Part shown: positions 33,296 to 34,546 of the stretch, piece by piece
Numbering within the stretch: position 1 is the first letter of the stretch
Layout of the letters: each line of letters begins with the position of its first letter
Virus record (IMG/VR): IMGVR_UViG_3300005611_000106
Location: 1 to 34,546 of that record
Source of the DNA: a virus
Lineage: Duplodnaviria > Caudoviricetes
Length of the DNA stretch: 34,546 nt
Strand: one strand, 5' to 3'
Program-made: the position numbers and the translations under genes
Notes under the pieces: model-generated
Seen by the model: the letters and a program-made list of their open reading frames with translations, nothing else
Databases searched by the model: none
Told to the model about the DNA's origin: nothing

Positions 33296-34147
33296 ATGTT
33301 TGGGCATCAGTATTATCATCAAGTTATCAGAAAGTATGTGATTATGTTTGGTAATCTGTTCAACGATATTGTTGTGCAGAGATATAATCAGGCAGGTGAT
33401 CGTATCCAAGCAATCGGTGTTCCTATTGCCTACGGTCCACGCGAGAAGTTCCTTGCACGAATCAATGCCAATCCAGATTTAGCAGACGACACCGCGATTC
33501 AGTTGCCTCGTATGTCATTTGAAATGACGGGGATGACTTATGCACCTCAAAGAAAGTTAAACAGACTTCAGAGCACGGTATCGAGTGGCAGTGCTGCTAA
33601 TAATCTTAGAACAAACTTTGCGTCTGCCCCTTACGACATCGATTTCACCTTGTCTTGCTATGTAAAGAATGCAGACGATGGTGTCCAGATCATAGAGAAC
33701 ATTCTTCCGTTCTTTACACCAGAGTTTACGGCAACAATGCGAGTCGTGCCAGAGATGCCAGACTTGCTGATTGATGTGCCAGTTGTTCTTCAAAGTGTCA
33801 CGATGGAAGACACTTATGAAGGTGATTTTGAGACCCGCAGAGCAGTTGTGTGGACTTTAAACTTCTTAGTCAAGGGTCATGTCTTTGGACCTGTTCAGAC
33901 AAAAGGTATTATTAATCGTGTTCAAGTGGACACACATACAGATGTTGATTTAGATTCAGGTAGACAAACTCGTGTCGTTGTGACACCAGGTCAACTTGCA
34001 AATGGAGCACCGACTACAAATAGTGCAGCGTCAGTAGCGCGAAGTGCTATTAGTGCGAATAGTGATTTCGGTATTGCAGAGGACTTCTTCTTCTTCACCG
34101 ATGGTCGCACTTATAGTCCGACAAGTGGTGAAGATAGTAATGGATAA
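33296..34147 (+). CDS. gp15: Tail sheath stabiliser/terminator gp15
   Basis: MFG..YYH..IRKYV..FG.LFN.I, VPIAYGP.EKFLAR, LPRMSFE....Y...RKL, QI.E.ILPFF.P, YEGDF..RR...WTL.F. Confidence 0.96.
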   Translation: MFGHQYYHQVIRKYVIMFGNLFNDIVVQRYNQAGDRIQAIGVPIAYGPREKFLARINANPDLADDTAIQLPRMSFEMTGMTYAPQRKLNRLQSTVSSGSAANNLRTNFASAPYDIDFTLSCYVKNADDGVQIIENILPFFTPEFTATMRVVPEMPDLLIDVPVVLQSVTMEDTYEGDFETRRAVVWTLNFLVKGHVFGPVQTKGIINRVQVDTHTDVDLDSGRQTRVVVTPGQLANGAPTTNSAASVARSAISANSDFGIAEDFFFFTDGRTYSPTSGEDSNG

Positions 34148-34546
34148 TAAGAAAACGAAGTTTGAACAGTCCTTGGAAGATACTTTAGGTATTGCACCAT
34201 CTCCCCCTATTGTTCAAGAAGAACCACCAAAACCAGTGCCACCTGAAAAGGAGCAACTGGAAAATGATTATAAGTATGCTCGTGAGAATCTATATCAGGT
34301 AATCGAAGCGGGTGGTTCTGCATTAGACGAACTCGTGCATCTTGCAAAGGCATCCGAAAATGCCCGTGCTTATGAAGTGGTCGGACAACTGATCAAAACT
34401 TTATCAGATGCAAACAAAGATTTACTTGAGATACAAAATAAAGTCAAGCGATTGCGTGGCGAAGATTCAACAAACAATACGAAGATTAACAATGCATTGT
34501 TTGTTGGTAGCACCGCAGAACTCCAAAAGTTCATCAATCGCAGAGA
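34140..34546 (+). CDS. gp16: Terminase small subunit gp16 (partial, runs off window end), not in ORF track
   Basis: Own translation from ATG 34140: ...DYKYARENLYQVIEAG..AL..L..LA..SE.ARAYEV.GQLIK...DAN..LL.IQ...NNALFVGSTAELQK. Confidence 0.93.
   Translation, partial: MDNKKTKFEQSLEDTLGIAPSPPIVQEEPPKPVPPEKEQLENDYKYARENLYQVIEAGGSALDELVHLAKASENARAYEVVGQLIKTLSDANKDLLEIQNKVKRLRGEDSTNNTKINNALFVGSTAELQKFINRR

Noticed and set aside
1-34546. tRNA, rRNA or CRISPR arrays
   Set aside because: Intergenic gaps are nearly all under 70 nt, and no cloverleaf or repeat-spacer pattern was seen by eye.

Overview
This 34.5 kb window comes from a T4-like contractile-tailed phage, probably aquatic and resembling cyanophage/pelagiphage-type T4-likes. 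The host cannot be determined from this sequence. Left end (174-4632): a tightly coupled operon behind a perfect T4 late promoter (TATAAATA). It encodes five consecutive signal-peptide proteins (one pilin-like, one chaperone-like, two with Cys-clamped beta-hairpins), a lipoprotein and two membrane-anchored coiled-coil proteins, which together make a candidate uncharacterised envelope or secretion system. Next come gp33 and gp32 with consensus sigma70 promoters. A minus-strand block follows: gp4, gp2, a tail-tube-fold protein, gp26, gp51, an EF-hand membrane protein and a tape-measure-like gene. The gp26/gp51 junction has the full architecture of a -1 programmed ribosomal frameshift (SD-like element, U UUU UUU, 6-nt spacer, stem-loop), in the position of the lambda G/G-T tail chaperones. 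The rest is the baseplate/neck module: gp48, gp53, gp27-like hub, an inserted P-loop kinase, gp5 without lysozyme, PAAR, gp25, gp6, gp7, gp8, a split VrlC/DUF4815-like protein, a tail-collar fibre with a mirror-coded needle, a 2OG-Fe(II) oxygenase, gp13, gp14, gp15 and the start of gp16. No tRNA, rRNA, CRISPR array or mobile element was recognised. All family assignments come from motifs read by eye, not from database searches.
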